A DNA stretch of 64,000 nucleotides, taken from NCBI RefSeq assembly GCF_006345805.1, contig NC_043011.1:58788464-58852463 (forward strand). The letters run 5' to 3'. Both the position numbers and the translations under genes were made by a program. Shown piece after piece: positions 1 through 14,289 of this stretch. Source of the DNA: Octopus sinensis. Its lineage: Eukaryota. A model generated the notes under the pieces. It was given only the letters and a program-made list of their open reading frames with translations. It searched no databases and was not told the DNA's origin. The stretch's first letter is position 1, and each line of letters opens with the position of its first letter.

Positions 1-257
1 AGATCCGTGGAATTTAGGAATCATATTCGCGGAACATATTTCGTTTTGACCCGAAACAATAAATGCACAGTATATGCAAAGACACTTAATATCGTCACAA
101 GCATCAATACTCTCTTAGCCAGCACTTTTAAAACCACTCATTCTTTCACAGATGGTACCATCTGTTATTAAAATCTAAAGCTCCACACATAAGCTTTATT
201 CACATGCAACTTAGACAAGTCTTTCCAAATCGATATTTCATTTATGTAAAATAGGCC

Positions 258-517
258 ATGTTTATGCTTTGTATTTTGTCAAATTCCATTACAAAATACA
301 GATTCAGTGCAATGAATGCAAACGTCAGATCGTACTACAAATTTTCCCTCCAGTCCGGTACACATGTACGAAGCCAATTAGAACGTAGCAGACTACTTCG
401 CATATTAGACCTCCTCATCTTGAGAGATCTCCTTGCAAATGAACATCTAAGTAGGAGTTGATGCATCTCGGAGATAGTAATTCCTTTTGAGAGACAGGAA
501 ATGATTGGGCTTTCTAC
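258..517 (+). mobile_element. possible highly decayed REL-endonuclease end of an R2-type non-LTR retrotransposon
   Basis: Translations LRILDLLIL...ISEIVIPFE loosely resemble the (R)PDLV...IELTVPFE motif; spacing is imperfect and there is an in-frame stop. Confidence 0.2.
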
Positions 518-603
518 AAAAGAAGTCTACGACTAAAGGTCTTCAGTAAAAGTAGTGTACGATAAAGGCCTTCAATAAAAGAAGTGTACGACTAAACGCT
601 CAG
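518..603 (+). repeat. 3 x ~30 bp minisatellite
   Basis: Unit aaaagaagtgtacgactaaaggycttcart at 518, 548 and 577. Confidence 0.8.
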
Positions 604-1864
604 ATAAGAACCCCAGGCGGTACATTTCCGCACAACTGTTGTGCACTGACACTACAAAAATATTCGTGATGGTATCTAATGATATGCAAGCCAATAAACT
701 TTTCAGGAAAGCTGCACATAAACAAATTCAAATCTCTTGACTGAGAACGGGCCGTTTACCTTCTCAGACTACTTTGCTGCGAATAGTGTGTAATATACTC
801 TTCTGGCATGCTGAAACTCGTATTATCTATGCACAGACTACCCAAGTTTTAATCCCTTCTTCTTATTTCGTCATCAATATTGTGTTCTCATCTGTATGTG
901 AAAGTCTGCAAGGATTAACGTCCCTGCTTATTCATCCAGATGAAAGTAACTAAATCATAGTTGTAACGAGAGCAAAAGTTTACACAATATAACAACACGC
1001 TGAGGGCAATAGAGAAATATAGAGCCAGAGATTCTCATATCCATTCGCCTGTAATTCCATAAGTTTTATATTGGATGAATAAATAAGAAAGACAATATCA
1101 GAGCAAAATCTATAATAAAATTCTCGAAGAATCCGATGAATGTATAAGAATTTTCATATAGGATTCTTTGATCCTCAGCTATTCCGGCACAGGATTATCG
1201 ATTGAATATACAATGCTGCATTATATCATTTGGCTAAAAGAAAATCGGTATTTGTCTCTCAATATGATAATGGGTGTAATGGAGGGGAAAGAATGCGACC
1301 TTCAATTTCTGCTGGGATTTAGACTTAGCGGTCATATCTGAAATTGCAACACATTTAGAGTAAAGTATGATACACCTTGTATACCGTACCAAACCATACA
1401 CACACAGAAACACATATATGTACATATCGAAAATGGAACAACTATTTTCTTTTACACATCAAATTCTTTGATATTTCAACAATGAAACTGCAAACTACCA
1501 TTATCTTTTATTAAGGATTTCCTTAATCCTTCGATCAAAGAACTGCTAACCCCTAGTATATTTTACATTGGACACTCCATAATTCTTCGATGTTCTGGTA
1601 ACTACTAATATCCTTGATTAAAGATATTCCTTTTTATTTCTCTGTCCCGACGAAATCGGAAGATTTAGCTTAGGTGCAAATCTGCACATAAAGACATACA
1701 CTCTACAATCTGAGCTACACTAGAAACAGCTGTATCAGAATTTACATGATCCTGTGTGTACTATAAGTATCCTGTACGATGCTTGAAATATAAATTAAAT
1801 GTTCTGAAGTGAAAGCCTATTTTACTTGCGTATATATGTGTATGTATGCAATATATAATATTCG

Positions 1865-2110
1865 TTTATTTGTTTCAGTTATTTGACTGTGGCCATGCTG
1901 GAGCACCGCTTTCAGTCGAGCAAATTGACCCCCCAGGTTTTATTCGTTTTAAGCCTAGCACTTATTCTATCGGTTCTTTTACTGAATCGCTAAGTTACAA
2001 GGACGTAAACACACCAGTAACGGTTGTCAAGCGATATTGGTAGGGGTGGAGAACAAACATAGACACACAAACATATACACATATATAAATATATGTATGT
2101 ATATATATTA

Positions 2111-2152
<42 letters not shown>

Positions 2153-2172
2153 TAAATATATATACATACATA

Positions 2173-2240
<68 letters not shown>

Positions 2241-2404
2241 GCAACGAGCTTCTTTCGGTTTCCCTCAACTATATCCATTCAAAAGGCCTTGGTCGGCCCG
2301 AGGCTATAGTAGAAGACACTTGCCAAATTTGCCACACACTGGGACTCAACCCGAAACCATGTGGTTGGGAAGCAAGCTACTTCCCTCACAGTCACTCCTG
2401 CGCC
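1865..2404 (-). mobile_element. tRNA-derived SINE, family A (full length, internal (TA)n expanded)
   Basis: Reverse complement of the element at 33453-33880: head ggcgcaggagtgactgtg, body ggccgaccaaggcc, tail gcggtgctccagcatggcc...aactgaaacaa. Confidence 0.9.
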
Positions 2405-2442
2405 TATAACATTTACATAGTATTTAGCAATTTATCTATATG

Positions 2443-2473
<31 letters not shown>

Positions 2474-2753
2474 CTGTTGCCGCGATTGGGTTCGTACATG
2501 CGTGTGTGTGTGCGTTTGTGTGCGTGTGCGTATGTATGTTTGTTTCTTGGTGTGTGTGTGTACGTGTGTGAGGGTATGTACATTTATGCTTGAAATTGAG
2601 ACCAACGAATTTTAGACGTGCAGATGTAATTTACCGAGTTCCAAAAGAAGTTAACTACAAATTCCAACTAATGGACACTTTTCATTGGCGAACAAAGAAC
2701 TTTGTTCGCTTTATTTATTCGACTGAATCATATATATATATATATATATATAT

Positions 2754-2821
<68 letters not shown>

Positions 2822-2887
2822 CATATATGCATATATATATATATATATCTATACATACATTATATATATATATGTATGTAATGTATG

Positions 2888-2921
<34 letters not shown>

Positions 2922-2923
2922 TG

Positions 2924-2968
<45 letters not shown>

Positions 2969-3658
2969 TATATATATATGTCAGACAGAGAGAGTGAGAG
3001 AGAGAGAGAGAAAGAATGTGTGTGAGAGAGAGAGAGGAGAGAGGGAGAGAGAGAAAGAGAGCGATGATAAATTTGGGGAAATATATCAAAGGTGAAGCTT
3101 TCCGCGAAGCAGTGACACAAAATTTGTGATCATTCTGTCACCAACAATTTTGCACGAAGATCTCAAATTCTGACGTGTGTTTAATATCAAAATTTTTATT
3201 TTTACGTTAAAGAGGTTTTTGTGCTATTTCCTGTAAACTCTTTCAGTTAAACTCATACACTGACCGGCTTAAACATTAAAAATATATCAATTGGCCCATA
3301 AAGTTATTATTGACGGATATATTTACATTTCCGCAATGTGAAAAGTTATTATGGCTGCGAATGGGAATAACTATCACGTTAAAAATGAGAAGAAAATAAT
3401 GATTACAGCGATGTTTGGAGAACGCTAATCGTTCTGCTGCTAAAGCAGTGTCTGTGAAAAAAAAAAAAACCGAATCAATTATGAAATCCACATTTCAAAA
3501 GGCCTTGGTCGGCCCGAGGCTATAGTAGAAGACACTTGCCAAATTTGCCACACACTGGGACTCAACCCGAAACCATGTGGTTGGGAAGCAAGCTACTTAC
3601 CTCACAGTCACTCCTGCGCCTATAACATTTACATAGTATTTAGCAATTTATCTATATG

Positions 3659-3689
<31 letters not shown>

Positions 3690-3945
3690 CTGTTGCCGCG
3701 ATTGGGTTCGTACATGCGTGTGTGTGTGCGTGTGTGTGCGTGTGCGTATGTATGTTTGTTTCTTGGTGTGTGTGTGTACGTGTGTGAGGGTATGTACATT
3801 TATGCTTGAAATTGAGACCAACGAATTTTAGACATGCAGATGTAATTTACCGAGTTCCAAAAGAAGTTAACTACAAATTCCAACTAATGGACACTTTTCA
3901 TTGGCGAACAAAGAACTTTGTTCGCTTTATTTATTCGACTGAATC

Positions 3946-4026
<81 letters not shown>

Positions 4027-4090
4027 CATATATGCATATATATCTATATCTATACATACATTATATATATATATATGTATGTAATGTATG

Positions 4091-4126
<36 letters not shown>

Positions 4127-4143
4127 ATATATATATATGTCTG

Positions 4144-4205
<62 letters not shown>

Positions 4206-4242
4206 GTCAGACAGAGAGAGTGAGAGAGAGAGAGAAAGAATG

Positions 4243-4292
<50 letters not shown>

Positions 4293-4735
4293 AGAAAGAG
4301 AGCGATGATAAATTTGGGGAAATATATCAAAGGTGAAGCTTTCCGCGACGCAGTGACACAAAATTTGTGATCATTCTGTCACCAACAATTTTGCACGAAG
4401 ATCTCAAATTCTGACGTGTGTTTAATATCAAAATTTTTATTTTTATGTTAAAGAGGTTTTTGTGCTATTTCCTGTAAACTCTTTCAGTTAAACTCATACA
4501 CTGACCGGCTTAAACATTAAAAACATATCAATTGGCCCATAAAGTTATTATTGACGGACATATTTACATTTCCGCAATGTGAAAAGTTATTATGGCTGCG
4601 AATGGGAATAACTATCACGTTAAAAATGAGAAGAAAATAATGATTACAGCGATGTTTGGAGAACGCTAATCGTTCTGCTGCTAAAGCAGTGTCTGTGAAA
4701 AAAAAAAAACCGAATCAATTATGAAATCCACATTT
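2278..4735 (+). repeat. direct tandem duplication, ~1.22 kb unit (2278-3493 / 3494-4735)
   Basis: Unique sequence is repeated in register with about 7 substitutions; microsatellite lengths differ between copies. Confidence 0.95.
3494..3620 (-). mobile_element. SINE family A 5' part (copied by the tandem duplication)
   Basis: Identical to 2278-2404 except one base. Confidence 0.9.
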
Positions 4736-5213
4736 TCGGAAATAAAGCCCAGTTTCAATATTCTAAAATAAACAAAAGCAGATATAAAATTTGTTTTGTT
4801 TTTCAATAAAGTTTGTGTTAATCCATTCACAATAACACAAATTGCTACCAAGGTAGAGAAACAAGCTGAAAAACTTCAATGGACGTACGTTTACGGAGAA
4901 AGATAGAAGAATAAGTCGAAGTTACGTTTACGTCGAAATTTAGAGGTTAATACAGAATATCTTGTCTACATATATAAATATGCATACACACTCCACATGC
5001 ATACAGGTATACATACATGCACATACTCACACACACACACGCATACACGCACACGCACATACCCACACATTTACCTATATACACATTAGTTAATAAATTC
5101 TGTGGTATACACCTGTTAGTTTGTCGGTAAATCGCGTTCACTGGTTGAGGTTTCGTTGGGTATTTCATTGATGAGAGACGGACAATGGAAAATTCGAGAA
5201 GCTGTATTGTTCA

Positions 5214-5281
<68 letters not shown>

Positions 5282-7200
5282 AACAGAGGTTAGATATATG
5301 AGAGGACTCATAAGGCAGGTAAGGCTATGTAAGGGCTATGGACGTACTGCTGTTAGACTGGTTTCATAATAGAATGAGTTAGGCGTCTGATGCGGGTCGT
5401 GTTTGAGCGTGTATAAGTTAAATAAAATGAGACGACCAAGTCAAGGCAGTGTGAAATTTCTAGGACATTTATAAAGAGAGAGGTAGTCTTACATCTGTTT
5501 CATGGATATAAAAGTTATCTCATCATCGGCGACGACATGAGAGAGTTAAATAGCGGGAAATAGCTAAGTTCAGTACGAGAATTTATTTTGGAACGGAAGA
5601 AATATATGAAGTATATAAGATAATATGAAAATATGAGAATGTATGAAAATATGAGAACAGAAATAAAAATATATGTTGGATGTTACAGTTGCAGTTCCAT
5701 TATCCATGGAATCTGCTGTGTAGAATGGTAAAGAACCTTTTTGTCCCTGGCGATTTTACACTACAAGATCAGCACATGGACTTAATATCTACACACTGTC
5801 CATTGTTAATTACTAAATATGAACTCCTATCGGAATTTACTTACCATAGACAAGGATGGGTGTAATCTGCGTGAAATATTCATCAAAGCATGAAATACGA
5901 AAAGACTTTTGACAAACACTTCTATTGTCATTTACTTTCCGAAACGTAGCGTGTGGTGAATAGAACTGTTTAGACCTGTCAACAATGGGCTAATTGAGCT
6001 TATTAAAGCCATCCGCCAATATAATGGTTAGAATCTGTAAACGACTAAACATGCTGGATATGTATGAATGAAATGCAGTTGTAGAAAATAACAGATTTCT
6101 TGGTGAGCATTATAGACGCCAGAGAAACGATCGAAAATCATAATTGCTACATAAACTACTGAAACTGATAGACGAATGTTATACTCAGCAACATCTTGGT
6201 TTTCAAATTACTAAAAGATATTTCATTTTGATTTGAAGTGATTTTACTTGTGATGCTGTTGTCTGTTTATGTCCCTCCTAATAAGTGAATAGAGGAAAAC
6301 TCCTGTAACATAATTAGATTGATCCCCTTGCTGTAAAGTTGTGACCTTATTTATTTCAGCCTATCAGGTGATAAATATAATGCCGCAGCGGCAAATTACC
6401 AGGCACAGCGCAAATCGAACGAAACATAACTGCAATTTCGACGCCATTAAAAAGTTAATTATATAAGATTGCCATAATATATAACGCTTCGCCATGATTT
6501 CACGGCAAAGCATCCCGCAATGTTTCAAGTTACTTCTAACAATCGGTTCTAGATTGTACAAGTCCGTTAATCTCTCGTTCTCTCTCTCTCTCTCTCTTTC
6601 TCGCTGCCTATATACATGTCTATTTGCCGGTGTGTGCGCGAGTGTGTGTGTGCATACGAATATATTTATATATTTGTGTGTGTGCATATACGCCTATTTG
6701 AGTGTGAGTGTTTGTGTGTATGTGTGTGTGTGTGCATGTGCGTGTATATTAAAGCATGACTATCAAATAATTTAGAACATACATTTTTGATTGACGAACA
6801 TTTTCTCCGCCACCCGAGGCTTGTACGATAACTAGGAAATGGCAAATGTTACCAGCTGCATTTATATAAAATCGTTTTCCAAATATGACGTGGAATGAAG
6901 TAAAATGATGAGTTTATATTCTGAAATGCGTCTGCATAGAAATGAATGATAAAGGAAAGGAAATCATGTAACCGACTTCAATGTTTGACAGTTGTTTCTT
7001 CTATAAATAATGCAATCAGAGTGGAGTACGAGCACCTTCATTCAGGTCTGAATGCTCTGGTTCTAAAAGCAGAAAAGCTTTACGTTCATGTGTCATTCAT
7101 TAATAGATATCGCACTCTGTATTCACCAAACATTGCTCTCAAGAATACATAAATGAGTTGTAAGAACTGGCTATGAGCATACCTCTGTCTAAGTGCAATC

Positions 7201-7270
<70 letters not shown>
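7201..7270. repeat. (TA)n microsatellite (representative of dozens in the window)
   Basis: Nearly pure TA run. Confidence 0.95.
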
Positions 7271-7272
<2 letters not shown>

Positions 7273-7345
7273 CAAATAAGCAACAAGGATATCCAAGGAA
7301 GAGTAGTACAATGTTTCATGCTACTTCATTTTATTAAATCCTGTA
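7270..7345. mobile_element. single arm of the TA-anchored fold-back repeat family
   Basis: atcaaataagcaacaaggatatccaagg...gctacttcattttattaaat matches the arm at 61030-61100. Confidence 0.75.
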
Positions 7346-7353
7346 AGTATTAT

Positions 7354-7417
<64 letters not shown>

Positions 7418-9640
7418 GGTACAGAGAGAGAGGGAGAGAGATAGATACATAGATAATGATTTCGCTTATGTATAAATTCAGCAACCCAAATACGTTGTTC
7501 TCTCTCTCTCTCTCTGTTTTTCTTCATTCCATCAGTTTTCTCTACTCGTTCCTCTCAAGCACCGCGCTGGCTGGAAACTTCAAAGATTTCTTCGATTTCT
7601 CCTGCGCATCAAACTAATACGCCTTTTTTATTGTTTTCTCACCTGTCTCTGTTATTTTTGTTTAATCATAGCTTTGAATGTCTTTGGAACTAACACGGAA
7701 CACGTTAAGTCTTCCACAGACTGTAGCATATTTGTGTAACTGTAGGATGTATTTAGTGGGATAAGCCAAAACCTTTTCATTTCAAGTTTAATCGCTCTGA
7801 CAATTATTTACAATTTCGCAGTAGGCAAGTCAAGTCCAAATTTATGGGTCATCACAAGGGTAGAGAAAATGAAGCTTGCTTCAATCGCCCTTGACTGGAA
7901 TACAACTTGGGGACTTATAACTTTTAACTATTCAGCCACAATATGCCTACGGTACACAGACGCACATACATACACACATACACACACATACTCATACATA
8001 CACTGGCATAGACACACACAAACACCCACGGTCGTACACACACGCATGCACACACAAAAATAGACACACATATTCAAACGAAACACAGGCGCACATACAC
8101 TCACCCACATATATCTACATACATTTCTACATACATACACACACACTGGAACACAGACACACACATACACAGACACACAGACACAGACACACACAGACAC
8201 ACACACACACAGACATATATATATATTCATTTAGAAATGTATGTATGTGTGTGTGATTGTGAGAGAGTGTCAGTGAGCGTTTATGATTAGAAACGGTGAA
8301 GAAAAAATCTTCTTCAATCTTTACTTCGAATGTTATTTTATCGATTATTCAAACAATTGGAATTATGGAAGTTACTGAATAATGCATGAATAAGGATTCG
8401 TAATAAATCGAAGTGTGGTTTGTCATTGAAATTTGATTGGTTACAGCATCGAGAATTGAAGTCGTGGGCCGCCACGCTTTTGGTTATTGTATTACTCTGA
8501 GCAGATTGCACGATATACTAGGATCAAGATAAAACAATTAATGAACATTTACATATCTTTGATATCGCATGTTCAAGTTATTATTCTTAAGCTATTATTA
8601 TGCACACTAGGAAATGTTTGTAATTCTACAGCAATTCTTTTGAGGTGATACGTAAGGCGAGGAATTGTTTGATATAGACACTGAGCTATGTCAAACTTCA
8701 TAAAAGTGCAACGATGCCTTAAACAGAATACATAAATGAAAGGTAATGCTTTGTTCATAAAAACTAATGCTACGCTCGCAAAAGAGGAAACGAAATGTTG
8801 TATTATACCATATACAAGGTTCTATTGTTGCCAGGACTTCCCTGAAATCTTATAAATATACATTTACCTATGGATCATAGATATCCTATTTTACGAAACT
8901 AATCTAACGTGTTCTGTAAAGACACCAATATTCTGTTGACACCATAGTTAATATAAAGAGAAAAAAGTTGCTCAGTACAATAAACACAACACGTTTTTCT
9001 TATATGTAACAATAGCAGCACTGACACTGACATTTGCTTTCCGATATGTTGTTGTCTATTTTTGATGTCCAGTATACAATGTATCCTATCTTTAACGGCA
9101 GTTTGTAAATTTATGCTGTTAAATACAGCGTAGTTTCTTTCAGAAACCCTGCTTAAATGAAGCGTTTTCTGGCAGTTACGTTTAACCCCAAAAGAGTTAT
9201 CGTAAAATAGCAAAGATTTCCTAGCGTGCATAATAATATAAATGTCAGGAACACTAATTGAAAGAAACCTCTACAGAATTCTAGAGCATTTTCTAGAAGG
9301 GATTTGGTTATAGATGGATAGATTTTTCACTATATTTAAATTCGTAAATGAGCTACACGTGCGGCAAGAATTTTGATGCTTCCAAGAATAATAGCCTTCT
9401 GAGAAAACCTACGTTTACATGCGCACATACCATTTCCCAATGTATTTAGAACTGCAATAATATTATTCTCCATCGTTTCATGTGGATTTCTGAGTATTAA
9501 TTCTTATTGTTAAGCGCTACTTTCCAAACTGAAATATATACACTATCAACTTTAAAATAACTTGAAATATGGATCTTTGTTGCATATACTTACTTTCAAA
9601 AGAACTTCAGGAGATGTCTAACACCCCCAATAATGACATT

Positions 9641-9672
<32 letters not shown>

Positions 9673-9691
9673 ATATATATTATATATATAT

Positions 9692-9841
9692 AATCAAAAT
9701 AAAAAGGATATCCAGAGGTAATGCAGTTTATTGAAATCGATGAATATAAATCGATGTAATGATTGCATTATTCAATTACATGGAGTCGCTTGAAGCTATC
9801 ATACTGCATTACCTCTGGATATCCTGTTGCTTATTTTGATT
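9692..9841. repeat. fold-back element, ~36-39 bp inverted arms
   Basis: aatcaaaataa...ggatatccagaggtaatgcagt versus actgcattacctctggatatcc...ttattttgatt; related to 7270 and 61027. Confidence 0.8.
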
Positions 9842-10094
9842 TTAATCACCATATTTTGAAACTGTATGGATGACATCGTACTAAATTCTGGTGCCTCAAC
9901 TTAAGTAAATGCCTCATCTACATATATATATATAAATATATATATAAAAAATTATTAGAAAGTTATAGCAAGGTGATCTCTTCTAAAGAACCTTCGTATT
10001 GTTATAAAGAAATTTCCAACAAACGATCCCCCAAAAACAATGTCTGGAAGACACGATGTGAGAGCACACTTTTGATGCAAGTGCCTCTCTAACG

Positions 10095-10278
10095 TCTAAC
10101 TGATGAAGTGCCTCTTTAATGACTGAAACTGCAACTCCTTGGTTTTTCTGTGTCCCTTTCTGTAGAAGAGCGTAGACTCAAAACGTAAAAGACTTTTTCT
10201 GTTCCTGAGTGTTATACTAATACATCTGTTTGTTTTGTACACCACCTGTCTTCGTCTTTTGTTTTTTTCGTAAACTCT

Positions 10279-10280
<2 letters not shown>
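10095..10280 (+). mobile_element. Penelope-like terminus, family P1, with degenerate hammerhead at 10156-10191
   Basis: Matches 45690-45857 and 54655-54818; motif cttt CTGTAGA A GAGC gtag ACTC AAAA CG TA aaag; ends in (TA)n. Confidence 0.65.
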
Positions 10281-10316
<36 letters not shown>

Positions 10317-10319
<3 letters not shown>

Positions 10320-10727
10320 TCTTTACTCTTTTACTCTTTTACTTGTTTCAGTCATTTTGACTGTCGCCATGCTGGAGTACCGCCTTTAGTCAAGAAAATC
10401 GACCCCAGGGCTTATTCTTTGTAAGCCTAGTACTTGTTCTATCGGTCTCTTTTGCCGAATCTCTAAGTTACGGGGGTGTAAACACACCGGCATCGGTTGT
10501 CAAGCGATGTTGAGGGGACAAACACAGACACAAACATATACACACACAAATATATATATATGATGGGCTTCTTTCAGTTTCCGGCTACCAAATCCACTCA
10601 CAAGGCTTTGGTTGGCTCCGGGCTATATATAGTAGAAAATACTTGCCCAAGGTGCCACGCAGTGGGGCTGAACACGGGACCATGTGATTGGTAAGCAAGC
10701 TACTTACCACACAGCCACTCCTATGCC
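10317..10727 (-). mobile_element. SINE family A, full length
   Basis: Colinear with 33453-33880; (TACTCTTT)n tail on the plus strand at 10317-10342. Confidence 0.9.
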
Positions 10728-12472
10728 TATATATTATTATATGTGCATATGTAATTATTTATAGAGATTATTTTAGATCTTAATTATAATATTTATATAC
10801 ATTTATATATTTTCATTGATAATTTATATATAATAGTCATTTTATTTTTTTGCTTCACAAGTGGAATACATTCTTGCTAACGTTTCTCTTTCTAATATCA
10901 AAATAATGCCAATGGGAATTGTTATGTTTTCGTTAAAATGTATAAAGAATATCACATTTTTTATTTTTGTGAGCTAATATTTGATAAAATAGGGTTCAAT
11001 AACTCACAGATTGTAATTCACATCTCTAAAATGTGGATAGGATATGCTAATCTATATATGCTCCACTTTAACAAAAAATTCGAAATAAGTTTTTTTCTGA
11101 GAAAATATTGCTGTGAGAATATTCCGTTGTGTGGTTAGCTTTATTAATAGGAAATATTAACAACGTTCTTCGTTTACGTTGTGACAGATCAAATATTAAC
11201 CCCGACGCGCCATATCCCCGCTATAATGGGAATCTGCAGGATTCTCGATGAAGAAGTAATGACAAACATGCATAGAAAAAGAAGACGCATCAAATTAAGT
11301 TACTCTTAAGCTGTATATGCAACTATTTATATTTTTGCTCATGAGCCCATGTGGACGGTTTAGTTACACACAAGGTCCCATATCTGAGAGCGTTGAGCGA
11401 AAACAGCTTCTTCATTTCTCTAAATCTTTCCATAACTTTTACCTATTTCCGGTATCTGCACCATATCATACTGCATTCAAATCTGCGTTATATTCTCCGT
11501 AATATATTATATTTATACAAAACACATTTCGTCCAGTTATGAGACACACTTTTTAAAAAAAGTACCTAATTTTATCAAAGTATGTTTCACATTTATTCCA
11601 AACTGTAAAAAAAATAAAATAATGAAAACTAGACGTGATAAATATCTTTACGTAAAGTGTAATTTGCCAAATAGATGTTATCAGAACTTTCATGCACAAT
11701 GAAGCATTATGAGGTTACATAAGTCTCGAATATTCTAATTTTATGTCTCTAGCCACACCTGCCACAAACCAAAAGATACGCAATAGATCAAATCTAAAAC
11801 CTCATAATTTAGATAATTTAGATCAACAGTGACTGCCATAAAATTCGCGCAGACGTTATATAAGATGGTGTACTTATATGTGGATGTGTACAATCTTCCT
11901 TTGCGGGGAATTATATTCGACTAGGAATCAAGTATTATGTTCGTACACAGGTAACAGCAACATAAACGAAGTATAAACTACGAAGAAATCAACATGTTTT
12001 AGTAATATTATAGTAAATAGTGTTTCTTTACTGTTTAATATCAATTTCAAAACTAACTGCTGCGCCAACTAACTCAAACGGCAATTAATTTCAATATAAA
12101 ATTATAATAAGCATAAAATCGGAGTACCTTTCGCATCAAATAATCGTAGTATGAAAATGACTGTAATTTCACTGTCCTTGAAATTAGATGTTTTTACTCA
12201 AACTCCGATGAGACACAAACTGCATGTAGTCTCGCAGTAAAATTTGTAAGAGACCGCTTTACTGATTATTTAAAATGTTTTCTGTTTTGATAAGAACTTC
12301 AAATATTTACGGTGAAAAGTTATAAATACATTATGGCAAAAGCTAATGGAGCGAAATAGATGTCTTATACAGAAAATTTAATCTGTTACGCATACATAAA
12401 TATGTACGCGAGCGAGCGAGTGTTCATATATATATATATATATGTATATGTGTGTGTGCGTGTGTGTATATA

Positions 12473-12506
<34 letters not shown>

Positions 12507-12519
12507 CTGTTTTAATTCG

Positions 12520-12695
12520 TGTAGTCACTTGCTTTCGGGCATTGTTGAGGAACACATTTAGTCGAACACATCGACTCCAAGACCGACACTGTGTAAGACT
12601 AGTACGTATTTTATCGGTTTCTTTTGCTGAACCGCTAAGTTAAGGGGACGTAAATACACCAACATGAAGCGACGCTGGTGAAACAGACACAGGCC
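12520..12695 (-). mobile_element. SINE family A 3' fragment, diverged
   Basis: ttttgctgaaccgctaagttaaggggacgtaaatacacc matches the family A body. Confidence 0.7.
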
Positions 12696-13099
12696 CGCGA
12701 AAATGTACATATATGTGTATATAATATATATATATATTATATATATAATATATATAATATATAATATATGTATATGACTAATTTAGAGACGAATTACCCA
12801 TTCACAACTCAGTCAATGAAGAACCCGTCCAAAGCCATGCTGTGAGACATACACCATACAAGATACCAGTCTAAATTTTTTATAATCTATAACATTAAAC
12901 AGTAAGATTATTACAATCATATAATATATGAGAGCAAAAACTTTAAAAATCACACCGAATATCATACAAAGAAACATTCATCAAAAACCTATTAATGTAA
13001 AATCAAATAAAGTATTAATTGAACAATAAAATTAATACAATAATATAATGTATAGAAGTAAGTACTTGTACATCGACTACGCGCGTTTCATGGTTGAAT

Positions 13100-13199
13100 C
13101 AGGGCTATATAAAATCGTATAAGAAAACCATATATGTTGTATCTCAACAGCCAGTATCAGCTAGAGATTGGCGCCTCGGCCAAGAAGACGCAGGTATTG
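13100..13199 (+). promoter_or_regulatory. candidate TATA promoter plus short first exon
   Basis: TATATAAAA at 13106-13114 in non-microsatellite context, CpG cluster just upstream, donor-like CAG|GTATTG at 13193/13194. Confidence 0.15.
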
Positions 13200-13732
13200 T
13201 TTCTAGTTTCAGCGAACAAATTTCTTTTTGCTTGTTGCTAATATCTGCCATCCGATATCAATCTGTTTTTTTTTGTATTGTGTAGAAGGAGACTTTTGGA
13301 AGAATATTTGCATATTCTTTCTTCATACTTTTGGCAGATTATAAGCACGGATCAGCAAATGAGCCGTACGCTGGAAATGTAAACAAATTTCGCGATTTGG
13401 TTTAGGCTTAAACGTGTGGATGCCCCTCACTGACGAGATTAAACACGACAAAAACGTGACATCCCAGAATCTCCTGTACTATTGAGTCGAGTTCGTTCAC
13501 ACACTATCGTTGTAAATGTGTGGAGCTATTCTGCTGTGACATTCACTACAGCGACTAGCTGATTTTGTGTTTGAACTTGAAAACACTTGTTAAGAATAAT
13601 TATTCGAATAATCGTTCCAAATCAGACTGTATGCGGTACAAAGCGCGATTGCATATATATACCTTTTTTCTAATTTATATATATATATATATATATATTA
13701 TATTATATTTTGATTTAGTATTTCTAAATTGA

Positions 13733-13986
13733 ATTATATTATGTTGACTTATTTATTTGTTTACTAAAATGATAATTACAAGAATATACATACATGTATA
13801 ACATATTATGCTGTACATATAAACTTCCGAAATTATATTCCTTTATATTCCTTTATGTTATATTTTAATAATTACTGGTATCTTTATATATTAATATATT
13901 TTATACGTAAAGATTAATATGTTATACATGTATGTATATTCTTGTAATTGTCATTTTAGTAAATAAATAAATTGACATAATATAAT
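13733..13986. repeat. fold-back element, ~75 bp inverted arms, ~105 bp spacer
   Basis: 13733-13808 is the near-perfect reverse complement of 13915-13986. Confidence 0.9.
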
Positions 13987-14214
13987 GTCTAAAAGTTGAT
14001 GAATACCACCTCTTGATTCCCTCCATTTTCTTATTGCTCTATAAATTAATGGTAAAATATCTCTTTACCTCCTTCACTCATTTAGTACACTCGGTAATGT
14101 AATTGCAATGCAATAAAAAAACGCTTGTGTATTAATAATTGGGTATTCCACCAGCAGTGTATTGGATAGATATTATCCCTTAGTTGGTTGGATTCACAAT
14201 CTCCAACTTTCTTG

Positions 14215-14254
<40 letters not shown>

Positions 14255-14289
14255 TATATTTATTTATTTATATGTATCATACAAATTGA

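Noticed and set aside
1700-1745. agaaacagctgta motifs here and at ~24395, resembling a hammerhead 3' half with a CAGCUG stem III
   Set aside because: The CUGANGA core is missing; possible PLE remnants but not supportable.
1234-5865. Possible minus-strand pair: 22-nt micro-exon at 5844-5865 spliced to an acceptor near 1340 (ITPILVY-DMTAKSKSQQKLK...)
   Set aside because: The splice signals are plausible, but no homology was recognised and such pairs arise by chance in 64 kb.
6378-6398. Palindrome TGCCGC-A-GCGGCA flanked by TAAT/ATTA after an acceptor-like tttcag
   Set aside because: Too short to distinguish from chance; following frames stop within about 35 codons or sooner.
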